Assembly: GCF_030655195.1 (NCBI RefSeq)
Contig: NZ_JAURWA010000009.1
Span: 3,850-67,849, forward strand
Source of the DNA: Patulibacter sp.
Lineage (GTDB): Bacteria; Actinomycetota; Thermoleophilia; Solirubrobacterales; Solirubrobacteraceae
DNA: 64,000 nt
Direction of reading: 5' to 3'
The position numbers and the translations under genes are program-made. Below are positions 55,531-64,000 of this stretch, in pieces. The notes below the pieces were generated by a model, which had not been told where the DNA came from, ran no database searches, and worked only from the letters and a program-made list of their open reading frames with translations. The first letter of the stretch is position 1, and every line of letters begins with the position of its first letter.

Positions 55531-55971
55531 CTACGCCCCGCCCGCGGTGTCGCTCGACGGGTCGCCCAGCATGAAGATCTCGACCATCACGTCGGGGTCC
55601 ACGGAGTTCGCGCTGAGGAACGTCGTCACGTCGCGTCCGACGATCTCCTCGACCGCCGGGATCATGTCGTCCCGCATGGCCTCCTGGAAGGAGTGGCGCA
55701 GGTCCAGGACCGACTGGCCCATGTCGTGCTCGAGCAGCACGCCCTCGCCCTTCGTGAGGCAGTCCTCGAGGATGACGACGACGGAGCGACTGTCGATCAT
55801 CGACCGCGCGCGGGTCGCTCCCCGTCCGGTGTGCGACCGGAGGATCGCGATCACGGCCTCGTTGACCCGCATGCGGATCGAGTGGTCGGCGACCTGCTGC
55901 GACTGCGACGGATCGGCGGTGTCCTGCTGGGGAGCGATCGTCTGGTGGACGACCGGCTGGGACTCGGGCAC
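55531..55971 (-). CDS. DUF2294/MpsC-family protein
   Basis: HTGRGATRARS..VVVILEDCLTKGE..LRHSFQ..VEEIVGR.V..FLS..VDPD..VEIF. Confidence 0.85.
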   Translation of the reverse strand: MPESQPVVHQTIAPQQDTADPSQSQQVADHSIRMRVNEAVIAILRSHTGRGATRARSMIDSRSVVVILEDCLTKGEGVLLEHDMGQSVLDLRHSFQEAMRDDMIPAVEEIVGRDVTTFLSANSVDPDVMVEIFMLGDPSSDTAGGA

Positions 55972-56402
55972 GGAAGATCCTTTGGAAGCTCTCCGGCAAT
56001 GTCCGAACCAGCGGAAGGAGAACAGCGGCTCCGGCTCGGCTACGCCCCGACGGGATTCGCGATGACGCGCGCCCCCTCGATTCGTGCCCGGCCATCGTCG
56101 CAGGTCCGGAGGGGTCGGGTCCGAGCATCGGGCCGACACCGACGCGATCGCCGCTACCGCCCCTTCGGCTCACCCCGGTGAATGAGGTGGCGCACGTCGT
56201 CGCCGACCTGGTTGGCGGCGGCGCGGTCCGAGATCAGCTCCGCGACCCGGCCTTCGCGCAGACCCGCCGTCGTGAGAGCACCGTCGTGTACGAGTTGATC
56301 GCGATCGCGGCGTCCCGGGCGCCGAGATCCGGGAGGGGCTGGGGCGCGTCCATGCGCTGCCTCTGCCCAGCCCACCGGGGTCCCACCGCCGCGGATCGCG
56401 GC

Positions 56403-57413
56403 CTACCCGTCCTCCTTCTTCTCGAGCTTCGAGATGTCCCGCGGCTCCAGGAACGGCTCGTCGAGCGGCGCGTCCTGGCCGGCCTCGATCTGCTGGCTGC
56501 GCTGCAGCTCGGCGTTGAACTCGGCGCCGAAGAGGATCACGAGGTTCGTGATCCAGATCCAGACGAGGAACGCGATGACGCCGCCCAGCGGGCCGTACGT
56601 CTTGCTGTAGGACGCGAACGTGCCGAGGTAGAGCACGAACAGCGCGGTGGCCACGATCCACAGCAGCAGGGCGAGCACGCCGCCGGGGCTGAAGAACTTG
56701 AAGCCCGGCTGCTTCACGTTCGGGGCGGTCTTGTAGAGGAACGCGAACATGAACGAGACGGCGAGCAGGACGAACGGGATCTTGGCGATGTCCCAGATCA
56801 GGATCGCGCTGTCGCCGACCCCGAAGACCTTGCCGACCTCCTCGGCGATCGGGCCCGACACGACCACGGCCCCGATGATCAGGACGAGCGTGAGGATCAG
56901 GACGAGGACGATCCCGATCTGCTGCGGCTTGAGCTTCCAGACCGGTCGGCCCTCGACGACCTCGTAGATCGAGTTCGAGGCGCGGGTGAACGCCGCGACG
57001 TAGCCCGACGCGGAGTTCAGGGCGAGCAGGATGCCGACGACGAACGCGACCCCGGCCGCTCCCGGCTTGCTCGCGACGTTGTCGATGGTCGAGCCGACGA
57101 TCTCCTTGGCCGGGCCGGGCGCGAGGCTCGAGACGTTGCTCTGCAGCTCCTGCACCGCGGAGTCGCCGAGCAGCCCGACGATCGAGACCAGGGCGATGAT
57201 CGCCGGGAACACCGCGAGGACGCTGTAGTACGTCAGCGCAGCGGCGCGGTCGGTGATCTCGTCGGCCTGGAACTCCTTGAAGGCGCGCTTGACCGTCGCC
57301 ATCTTCGTGTACTCGAGCTCCGTGGGCGAGTCTGGTGCGCGGCCCTTCGGTGCGCCGCGGCCGTCCCGCTTGGCCTCGACGGTCTGTCGTTCGTCCTCGT
57401 GCTCCAGTGCCAT
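56403..57413 (-). CDS. YihY/virulence factor BrkB family membrane protein
   Basis: DRAAALTYYSVLAVFP, NSIYEV.EGRP, YSKTYG.LGGVI, ILFGAEFNAE. Confidence 0.92.
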   Translation of the reverse strand: MALEHEDERQTVEAKRDGRGAPKGRAPDSPTELEYTKMATVKRAFKEFQADEITDRAAALTYYSVLAVFPAIIALVSIVGLLGDSAVQELQSNVSSLAPGPAKEIVGSTIDNVASKPGAAGVAFVVGILLALNSASGYVAAFTRASNSIYEVVEGRPVWKLKPQQIGIVLVLILTLVLIIGAVVVSGPIAEEVGKVFGVGDSAILIWDIAKIPFVLLAVSFMFAFLYKTAPNVKQPGFKFFSPGGVLALLLWIVATALFVLYLGTFASYSKTYGPLGGVIAFLVWIWITNLVILFGAEFNAELQRSQQIEAGQDAPLDEPFLEPRDISKLEKKEDG

Positions 57414-57542
57414 GCGGCACCTCCTGAAAGTTCGCGGGTGGTCCAGCTGCGCTGCCCGGACCGGCTGCCCAGCCTGGACGCACCAGGAACGTCGGGACCG
57501 GCGATCGCGTCGTCCGCCGGTACGCCGACTTCCCGCCCCCGG

Positions 57543-57569
57543 GATGAGTTCCGCCCCCCGCCGGCGTCT
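57543..57569 (+). promoter_or_regulatory. ECF sigma promoter candidate GATGAGTT-N15-GTCT
   Basis: Same motif and spacing as 27921-27947; 41 nt upstream of the VOC gene. Confidence 0.55.
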
Positions 57570-57610
57570 GAGAGACGGATGCCATCACCCCGACCCAGGA
57601 CGGAGTCCCC

Positions 57611-58051
57611 ATGGACGCTCCCGCGCACCCCTCCCGCTCGCTCATCGTCAACATGCCCGTCGCCGACGTCGAGCGCAGCAAGGCGTTCTTCCTGAAGCTC
57701 GGCTTCGGACTCGACCCGCGGGCCACCGACGAGGGGAACCACGCGATGCTCGTGTTCGGCGATCAGGCGTCGGTGATGCTCTCCAGCCGCGAGAGCTTCG
57801 CGACGTACTCGAAGCTGCCGGCCGGCGACCCGGCCACCCACGCCCTGGCGCTCTACACGTTCACCGTCGCGTCCCGCGACGAGGTCGACGCGGTCTCCGC
57901 CACCGCGCTCGCCGAGGGGGCCACCGAGGCCGACGGGGCCGAGGACTTCGGCTTCATGTACACGCGCAGCTTCTTCGACCTGGACGGCCACGGCTGGCAG
58001 ATCATGTGGGTGAACCCCGAGCAGCCGGGGGACGACGGGGCCGCCGCCTGA
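57611..58051 (+). CDS. VOC/glyoxalase family protein
   Basis: VNMPVADVERSKAFF, FGFMY.RSF.DLDGHGW. Confidence 0.9.
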   Translation: MDAPAHPSRSLIVNMPVADVERSKAFFLKLGFGLDPRATDEGNHAMLVFGDQASVMLSSRESFATYSKLPAGDPATHALALYTFTVASRDEVDAVSATALAEGATEADGAEDFGFMYTRSFFDLDGHGWQIMWVNPEQPGDDGAAA

Positions 58052-58189
58052 CGCCGGGGCCGCCCCGCGGCCGACGCGGGTCGCGGCCGGTCCGACGCGA
58101 CCGTCTCGCTCACCGCCGTCCCGACGCGCCCGAGGGTGGGACCGCCCGGCCCATGGTGCCCGCGGTGGGCGAGGAGGAGCATGCCCCGC

Positions 58190-58888
58190 ATGTCCACCAT
58201 CCTCATCACCGGCGCGAACAAGGGCCTCGGCCGGGAGGCCGCCAGGCGCCTGGTCGACGCCGGCCACGACGTCTGGATCGGCGCCCGCGACCCCGAGCGC
58301 GGTCGCGAGGCCGCCGAGGCGCTCGGCGCCCGGCACGTCGTCCTCGACGTCACCGATCAGGCGAGCGTCGACGCGGCGGCGCAGGAGGTCGGCGCGGCGA
58401 CCGGCGGCACGCTCGACGTGCTCGTCAACAACGCCGGCATCGCGGGCGGCCAGACCCCCGTCGCGGAGATCACCACGGCCGAGGTCGAGGAGGTCTACGC
58501 GGTGAACGTCTTCGGGGCCGTCCGCGCGTTCCAGGCCTTCCTGCCGCTGCTCACCGCGGCGCAGCATGGCGTCGTCGTCAACGTCTCCAGCGGTCTGGGG
58601 TCGCACGTCGCGACGTCCGACCCCGACCGCATCGAGAGCTCGTTCCAGGCGCCTGCCTACTGCTCGTCGAAGGCGGCGCTGAACATGCTCACCGCGCAGT
58701 GGGCCGCGGCGCTGCCCGGCCTGCGCGTCAACTGCGTCGACCCCGGCTACACCGCCACGGACCTCAACGGCAACAGTGGCCCGCAGACGGTGGAGGAGGG
58801 CACCGACGCGATCGTGACGGCCGCGACCGTCGCGGCCGACGGCCCGACGGGCACCTTCTTCGACCGGCACGGCACCGTCGGCTGGTAG
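58190..58888 (+). CDS. Classical SDR (carbonyl-reductase-like)
   Basis: TGANKGLG, VNNAG, YCSSK, DPGYTATDLN. Confidence 0.93.
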   Translation: MSTILITGANKGLGREAARRLVDAGHDVWIGARDPERGREAAEALGARHVVLDVTDQASVDAAAQEVGAATGGTLDVLVNNAGIAGGQTPVAEITTAEVEEVYAVNVFGAVRAFQAFLPLLTAAQHGVVVNVSSGLGSHVATSDPDRIESSFQAPAYCSSKAALNMLTAQWAAALPGLRVNCVDPGYTATDLNGNSGPQTVEEGTDAIVTAATVAADGPTGTFFDRHGTVGW

Positions 58889-58981
58889 CACCCCGCCCCG
58901 GGGCGCCCGCGCGAACCCTCGATGGTGCCGGGGGGGGCGCCGGCGGCGTGCCCCCGGTGACGGGGCGGCGCCTGCCGCCCG

Positions 58982-59512
58982 TCAGCTCTCGGTCGACGGG
59001 GCGCCCGGCGCCTCGTCCTCCCACTCGTCCGGGACGACGCGGAACTCACGGGTCGGGGCGTCCGGCGCGCGTCGCGCGCCCTGCCCCGGCTGCGGCGCGG
59101 GGGCGATCGTCGTCGCCCGGGCCCGCTCGTCGCGCGCGACGCCGTCGATGGTGGTCGGCGTACGGGCGAGGATCCGCTCGCCGCAGCTCCAGCAGAACTC
59201 GGCGGACCGCCCGTGCGGCGCGCCGCAGAAGCGGCAGGCGCCCGCGATCCCCGCGTGGTCGTCGGCGAGGCGCTCGATCTCGCTCAGCCGCGCGTCGAGG
59301 CGCTGCAGGACGGCCGCCCGCTCGACGAGGACGTCGACCCGGAAGTGGTCGCGGACGGCCATCTCGTAGACCAGGCCGCCGAGGTCCCAGGTGCTCTCGG
59401 CCACCAGGTCGGAGAGCCGGCGACGCTCGTCCTCCAGCGCCGCCCGCTGGGGCGAGATCCCCGGGGCGGGCACCGGTGCCTCGGGCCGCCGCCAGGGCAT
59501 GCGGGAGGCCAT
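58982..59512 (-). CDS. Coiled-coil + double zinc-ribbon protein
   Basis: WDLGGLVYEM helix region; CRFCG..FCWSCG; TGATG coupling. Confidence 0.8.
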   Translation of the reverse strand: MASRMPWRRPEAPVPAPGISPQRAALEDERRRLSDLVAESTWDLGGLVYEMAVRDHFRVDVLVERAAVLQRLDARLSEIERLADDHAGIAGACRFCGAPHGRSAEFCWSCGERILARTPTTIDGVARDERARATTIAPAPQPGQGARRAPDAPTREFRVVPDEWEDEAPGAPSTES

Positions 59513-60147
59513 CAGCCGCCGCCCGTCGAGACGACGTCGGGCAGGGACTGCGAGGCCTCGCGCGCCTTGTCCGGGTCCTTGCTGGCCAGGTCCTTCTTCG
59601 TCTGGTCGCTGATCGCCTTGGCCGGCGGCGTCTTCGACGGCGTCTTCTCGATCTCGGCGGCCTCCTGCTTCTCGGTGGCGTCGAGGTTCTTCTTGTCGAT
59701 CTTCGTCGTCGCGTCGGAGGACGACGCGTCGTCCTCGGACGCCGTCGTGTCGGTCGTCGACGTCGCGGCGGCCTCCGTCGTGGTCGGCGCGACGGCGGAG
59801 GCGGCCGGGGCGCCCCCGAGGACGATCGGCTGCTGCGATCCGCCGTCGCCGTCGCCGCCGGCCAGCACGCCGACGCCGAACGCGAGGAGGACGCACGCCA
59901 GGGCGGCGAGGAGCGTCGTCGTGCCGGGCCCGGAGGTCGCCGGCGTCGACCACAGCGCGGGCGCCGGGCCGGGCACCTGGACGACCGGCCCCACCGGGGC
60001 CATGGCGTCCTGGAAGGGCAGGCGCGCGTGCGTGCGCCGCGCGCCGCAGGACAGGCAGTAGCGCTGGTCGGTGGCCATCGGCGCGCCGCACTGGCCGCAC
60101 GCACCGGCGCGCGGATCGTCGGCGGGCAGGAACGGACTGGTGCTCAT
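59512..60147 (-). CDS. Zinc-ribbon + single-TM + low-complexity protein
   Basis: CGQCG..YCLSCG, TM LLAALACVLLAFGVGVL, Thr/Ser/Lys-rich tail. Confidence 0.8.
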   Translation of the reverse strand: MSTSPFLPADDPRAGACGQCGAPMATDQRYCLSCGARRTHARLPFQDAMAPVGPVVQVPGPAPALWSTPATSGPGTTTLLAALACVLLAFGVGVLAGGDGDGGSQQPIVLGGAPAASAVAPTTTEAAATSTTDTTASEDDASSSDATTKIDKKNLDATEKQEAAEIEKTPSKTPPAKAISDQTKKDLASKDPDKAREASQSLPDVVSTGGG

Positions 60148-60896
60148 CGGGACCTCTGGGTCTTGGGCAGCTTGGTGGGGAGGGCCTGGGCGACCAGGCG
60201 GCCGCGGCGGCCGTCACCGACGACCACGGCCTCGAAGGGTTGGGACTTCCGGGCGGCGATCACGGGGATGCGCGACGACCCGGCGGCGACGATGCGCCCG
60301 CCGTCGCGGACGGTCACGTAGACCGGGACCTCGGTCTGCTCGCGGCGCAGGTCGTTGTGGACGACGCCGACGACCGCGACGCCGTCCTCGCCGGAGTCCT
60401 CGGCGCTGCGCCTCAGGCCCGTGACGCGCAGCTGCGCGGCGGGACGCTGAGAGCGACGGACCGGGGCACCGAGGACGACGTCGAGCTTCGCGCCCTCGTC
60501 GGCGACGGGCACGTTGGCGTTGACCCAGCTCACCCGCGAGCGCGGCGGCAGGACCGGGACGCGCAGCAGCAGCTCGTCCCCGCCGTCGAGGTCGTTGGCG
60601 TACTGCTGCTTCCCGCCGACCGTCAGCCGGAGCGCGATGGGAACCCGCACGAGCGCCCGCGGGCCCGTGTTCTCGAGCTCGACGACGACCGCGGTGGTCG
60701 CCTTCCCGCGCAGCTCCTGGCGCGAGCGCACCCGCACCTCGGCGCTCGGACGGCCGATCTTGACCCGCCCGGGCGCGTCGACGGACGCCGCCTTCGCCTG
60801 CAGGGCGGCGCTCTCGTCCTGCGTGGTCGCGCAGCCGACCAGGGCCAGCGCGCCGGCCGCCGCGACGGCGAGGGCCGTGTGGCGCCCGTGGCTCAC
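60144..60896 (-). CDS. Lipoprotein with two Ig-like (FxLYD-like) modules
   Basis: Lipobox LALVGC; two similar beta modules (VVELENTG / VGVVHND); GTGA overlap with pstB stop. Confidence 0.75.
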   Translation of the reverse strand: MSHGRHTALAVAAAGALALVGCATTQDESAALQAKAASVDAPGRVKIGRPSAEVRVRSRQELRGKATTAVVVELENTGPRALVRVPIALRLTVGGKQQYANDLDGGDELLLRVPVLPPRSRVSWVNANVPVADEGAKLDVVLGAPVRRSQRPAAQLRVTGLRRSAEDSGEDGVAVVGVVHNDLRREQTEVPVYVTVRDGGRIVAAGSSRIPVIAARKSQPFEAVVVGDGRRGRLVAQALPTKLPKTQRSR

Positions 60897-61780
60897 CCGA
60901 ACGCGCCCTGCACGTAGTCGCGCGTGCGGTCCGCGCGCGGGTTGGTGAACAGCTCCTCCGTCGGCGCGTACTCGACGAGGTCGCCGAGGTACATGAACGC
61001 CACGTGGTCGCCGACCCGGCGGGCCTGCGCGAGGTTGTGCGTGACGATGACGATCGCGAGCGTCTCGCGGAGCTCGTGGATCAGCTCCTCGATCACCCCG
61101 GTCGAGATCGGGTCCAGCGCGGAGCACGGCTCGTCCATCAGCAGGACGTGCGGCTCGACGGCGAGCGCGCGGGCGATGCAGAGGCGCTGCTGCTGGCCGC
61201 CGGAGAGCCGCAGGGCGGGGCGGTTCAGGTCGTCGGCGACCTCGTCCCAGAGCCCGGCGCGGCGCAGGGCGCTCTCGACCCGGGGGGCGAGGACGGCCTT
61301 CCCCGGACGGCGCATCGCCTGCTCGCGGATCGCGTAGGCGACGTTGTCGAAGATCGACATCGGGAACGGGTTGGGCTGCTGGAAGATCATCGAGACGCGG
61401 CGTCGCAGCCGGGTGATCTCGAGGTGGTCGACGTCCTCGCCGTCCAGCAGGATCCGGCCGTCGCGGGTCGCGCCCGGCGTCAGCTCGACGAGGCGGTTCA
61501 GCGACCGCAGGAGCGTCGTCTTGCCGCAGCCCGACGGGCCGATCAGCGCGAGCACCTCGCCCTGGCGGACCGGCAGCGTGACCGCGTTGACGGCCGGCTT
61601 GGCCGCCCCGGCGTAGTGGATCGAGACGCCGTCGATGCGCAGGCGCTCGGGGCCGTAGGACGGCGCGAGGGCGCGGGCGATCGGCTCCGGGATCGCGTCG
61701 CGGCTGGACGGGTCGACGACGTTGGGCACCCCGTCCGCGCTGATGCGGCGGACGGGCGGCGGGAACTCGGCCATGGTCAT
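60893..61780 (-). CDS. pstB: Phosphate ABC transporter ATPase
   Basis: [57 protein letters not shown]. Confidence 0.95.
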   Translation of the reverse strand: MTMAEFPPPVRRISADGVPNVVDPSSRDAIPEPIARALAPSYGPERLRIDGVSIHYAGAAKPAVNAVTLPVRQGEVLALIGPSGCGKTTLLRSLNRLVELTPGATRDGRILLDGEDVDHLEITRLRRRVSMIFQQPNPFPMSIFDNVAYAIREQAMRRPGKAVLAPRVESALRRAGLWDEVADDLNRPALRLSGGQQQRLCIARALAVEPHVLLMDEPCSALDPISTGVIEELIHELRETLAIVIVTHNLAQARRVGDHVAFMYLGDLVEYAPTEELFTNPRADRTRDYVQGAFG

Positions 61781-62760
61781 CTCGGGAGGTCGTTTCCGGC
61801 GCGCCGGCGGCCGATGAAGGCGACCAGCAGGTTGAGGCCGATGATCAGGAGCATCAGCACGAAGGCGGCGGCGTAGGCCTTCTCGGGCGCGTTGCCCTCG
61901 CCGGTCGGGGAGTTGTTGTAGACGTAGCTCGTCAGGGTCGAGCCGGTGCCCTGGAGCGTGCCGACGCCGGGGATGTCCGAGCCGGCCTGCAGCTGCAGCG
62001 TGGCCCCGAGCAGCAGCACGATGATCGCCGTGTCGCCCGCGATGCGGCCCATCCCCAGCGCCGTGCCGGTGGCGATGTCGGGGCGGACCGTCGGGAGCAG
62101 GACGCGGCGGATCGTCGCCCAGCGCGTCTTGCCCAGCCCGTAGCTCGCCTCGCGCACGTGACGTGGCACGGACTGCAGCGCCTCGCGGGTGGTGGCGAAG
62201 ATCGACGGCAGCGCGATCAGCGACATGACGGTCCCCGCGGCGATGAAGCTGCGTCCGAAGACCCCGCCCCCGTCCGCGGCGAACGACGCCCAGCCGAACA
62301 GCGGCAGCTGGAAGATCGCCAGGCCGAAGATGGCGATCGCGATCGACGGGGCGCCGGCGATGACCTCGATGCCCGACTCGACGACCCGGGCCAGCCAGCG
62401 GGGCCGGCCGTACTCGACGATCCACAGCGCCGCACCGACCGCGAGGGGCAGCGCGATCGCCGTGGCGATCACGATGATCAGCAGCGTGCCGACGATCGGG
62501 TCGAGGATCCCGCCGGTCTGCGACTGGTCGGACCCCGGCTGCGGGCGGGACACCAGCAGGTCGAGGTTGACGTACTGCAGGCCCTTGTAGCCCATGTAGA
62601 GCAGCAGCGTGCCGGCGACGAGGACGAGCAGCAGGCCGACGAGCCAGGCGGCGGCGACCCCGGCGAGGTCCAGTGGGCGCCACAGGCGCAGCTCGCCGAG
62701 CAGGCGTTGACGCCGGCCGGGCGGGGTGGCGCCGGGACCCGTCGTGCCCGGGACGCTCAT
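61777..62760 (-). CDS. pstA: Phosphate ABC transporter permease
   Basis: [29 protein letters not shown]. Confidence 0.9.
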   Translation of the reverse strand: MSVPGTTGPGATPPGRRQRLLGELRLWRPLDLAGVAAAWLVGLLLVLVAGTLLLYMGYKGLQYVNLDLLVSRPQPGSDQSQTGGILDPIVGTLLIIVIATAIALPLAVGAALWIVEYGRPRWLARVVESGIEVIAGAPSIAIAIFGLAIFQLPLFGWASFAADGGGVFGRSFIAAGTVMSLIALPSIFATTREALQSVPRHVREASYGLGKTRWATIRRVLLPTVRPDIATGTALGMGRIAGDTAIIVLLLGATLQLQAGSDIPGVGTLQGTGSTLTSYVYNNSPTGEGNAPEKAYAAAFVLMLLIIGLNLLVAFIGRRRAGNDLPR

Positions 62761-63737
62761 CGGGCCGTCCCGACGCGGAAGCGGCGCTTGATGATCGAGC
62801 CGCCGACGGAGAGGAAGAGCGACGAGACCAGCAGCACGAGGGCCATGGCGTAGACGCTGGCCTTCAGCGCGGGGGCGGAGATGCCCTCGGACTGCTCGGC
62901 GATCGTGGCCGCCAGCGGGCGCAGCGGCTCGAAGAGGAAGATCAGCCCGTCCCACGGCTGGGGCGCGAAGCCCTTCGAGCCCGAGACCATCGAGAGCATG
63001 ATCGCCTCGCCCAGGGCGCGGGCGGAGGCGAGGACGGCGGCGGCGACGATGGCCGGCCGGATCGCCTTGACCGACACCGACATGGTCGCCCGCCACTGCG
63101 TCACGCCGAGGGCGAGCGCGCCCTCGCGCCAGCCGCGCGGGACGGCGCTCATCGCGTCGACGATCAGCGCGATCATGATCGGCGTGATCATCAGCGTCAG
63201 CAGGACGACGGAGACGAGGAGCCCGGGGCCCGTCAGCGGGATCACGTAGGCCACCGACTCGCGCTGGCCCTCCGAGATCAGGTGGTCGTTGACGAACGGG
63301 ACGAGCACGAGGATCCCGATCAGCCCGTAGACCACGGACGGGACCGCGGCGAGGAGGCGCACGACGGGGACGACGATCGAGCGCACGCGCGGCGGGGCGA
63401 GCTCGACGATGAAGATCGAGGCGAGGACCGAGACGACCACGCCGATGCCGACGGCGAGGATCGTCGTCAGCGCCGTCGCGTAGACCAGCGGCCAGGCGCG
63501 CAGGCGGTAGGCCTCGTCGGACGGGTCCGCGCCGGCGTTGACCATCTCCCCCAGCTCGGCGTCGACGTCCCCGCCGGAGCCGAACCACTTCAGGCCGTTG
63601 TGCTGGAACGAGGGCCAGGCCGATATCGCGATGAAGACGATCATCGCGACGATGACCAGCACGACCGCGACCGCCGTCCCGCCGAGCAGCTGCTCGGCGC
63701 GACGGTCGGTCAGCGGTCGCCGGAGGCGACGCAGCAC
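62757..63737 (-). CDS. pstC: Phosphate ABC transporter permease
   Basis: [27 protein letters not shown]. Confidence 0.9.
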   Translation of the reverse strand: MLRRLRRPLTDRRAEQLLGGTAVAVVLVIVAMIVFIAISAWPSFQHNGLKWFGSGGDVDAELGEMVNAGADPSDEAYRLRAWPLVYATALTTILAVGIGVVVSVLASIFIVELAPPRVRSIVVPVVRLLAAVPSVVYGLIGILVLVPFVNDHLISEGQRESVAYVIPLTGPGLLVSVVLLTLMITPIMIALIVDAMSAVPRGWREGALALGVTQWRATMSVSVKAIRPAIVAAAVLASARALGEAIMLSMVSGSKGFAPQPWDGLIFLFEPLRPLAATIAEQSEGISAPALKASVYAMALVLLVSSLFLSVGGSIIKRRFRVGTAR

Positions 63738-63788
63738 GCGGGTGGTTCCTGTTCGGCGGTGGGGTCGGTGCGGGTCGCGTCCGGAGGG

Positions 63789-64000
63789 TTACTTGAGCGG
63801 CACGGCCTTCTGGGCGACGACGATCTTGCGCGCCGCGGAGCTCGTGCGGATCCAGTTGATGAAGCGCGCGGTCTCGCCCTTCGGGGCGCCCTTCGTGACC
63901 ATCCAGAAGGAGCGGGTGCCCTTGTAGGCGCCGGACTTCGCGTTGCCCGTCGTGCAGGCGACGCCCTGGTAGGAGGCGGCCTGGACGCCGCCGAGGAACT
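63789..64000 (-). CDS. pstS: Phosphate-binding protein (C-terminal part; runs off right edge)
   Basis: Manual translation ..SGAYKGTRSFWMVTKG.P..ETARFINWI..KAVPLK*; directly upstream of pstC. Confidence 0.75.
   Translation of the reverse strand, partial: FLGGVQAASYQGVACTTGNAKSGAYKGTRSFWMVTKGAPKGETARFINWIRTSSAARKIVVAQKAVPLK

Noticed and set aside
56154-56375. 73-aa minus ORF between MpsC and YihY
   Set aside because: No recognisable motif or convincing start; left unannotated

Overview
Very GC-rich actinobacterial chromosome segment; gene content suggests Thermoleophilia/Solirubrobacterales, Patulibacter-like (inference). 1-17 kb is mostly core: sensor kinase/response regulator, a degenerate M28-fold membrane protein, thiL, infA, a class A PBP, a PIG-V-like mannosyltransferase, a CPBP protease, an L,D-transpeptidase, pyrE, a BTAD/NB-ARC regulator and an MFS pump. 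tRNA-Arg(CCT) at 17197-17268 anchors a ~4 kb island closed by a 41-bp direct repeat. The island has no integrase but encodes a class II Fic protein, a DUF4041/GIY-YIG (PD-lambda-1/SNIPE-like) nuclease with a frameshifted N-terminus, and a membrane-anchored zinc-finger protein. 21.3-43.7 kb is a patchwork of regulator-plus-enzyme modules (6 TetR, HxlR, XRE, AraC; SDRs, hydrolases, P450, GST) with several gene remnants. 43.7-48.4 kb is an unusual candidate metal/iron-uptake operon: RPPP-ending uORF, structured leader, PepSY-TM protein, P19/FtrA-like lipoprotein, Tat-exported DyP-like protein and an anchored His-N-terminal protein, with no Ftr1/EfeU permease. The right end holds a RES-domain ORF lacking a canonical start, a surface protein, malic enzyme, a CrtI-like oxidoreductase, PucR, MpsC, YihY, VOC and SDR genes, and pstSCAB translationally coupled to a lipoprotein and two zinc-ribbon proteins. 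Many genes look leaderless (TANNNT 6-7 nt before the start codon). All family assignments come from motif recognition, not database searches. Start codons were refined by eye.
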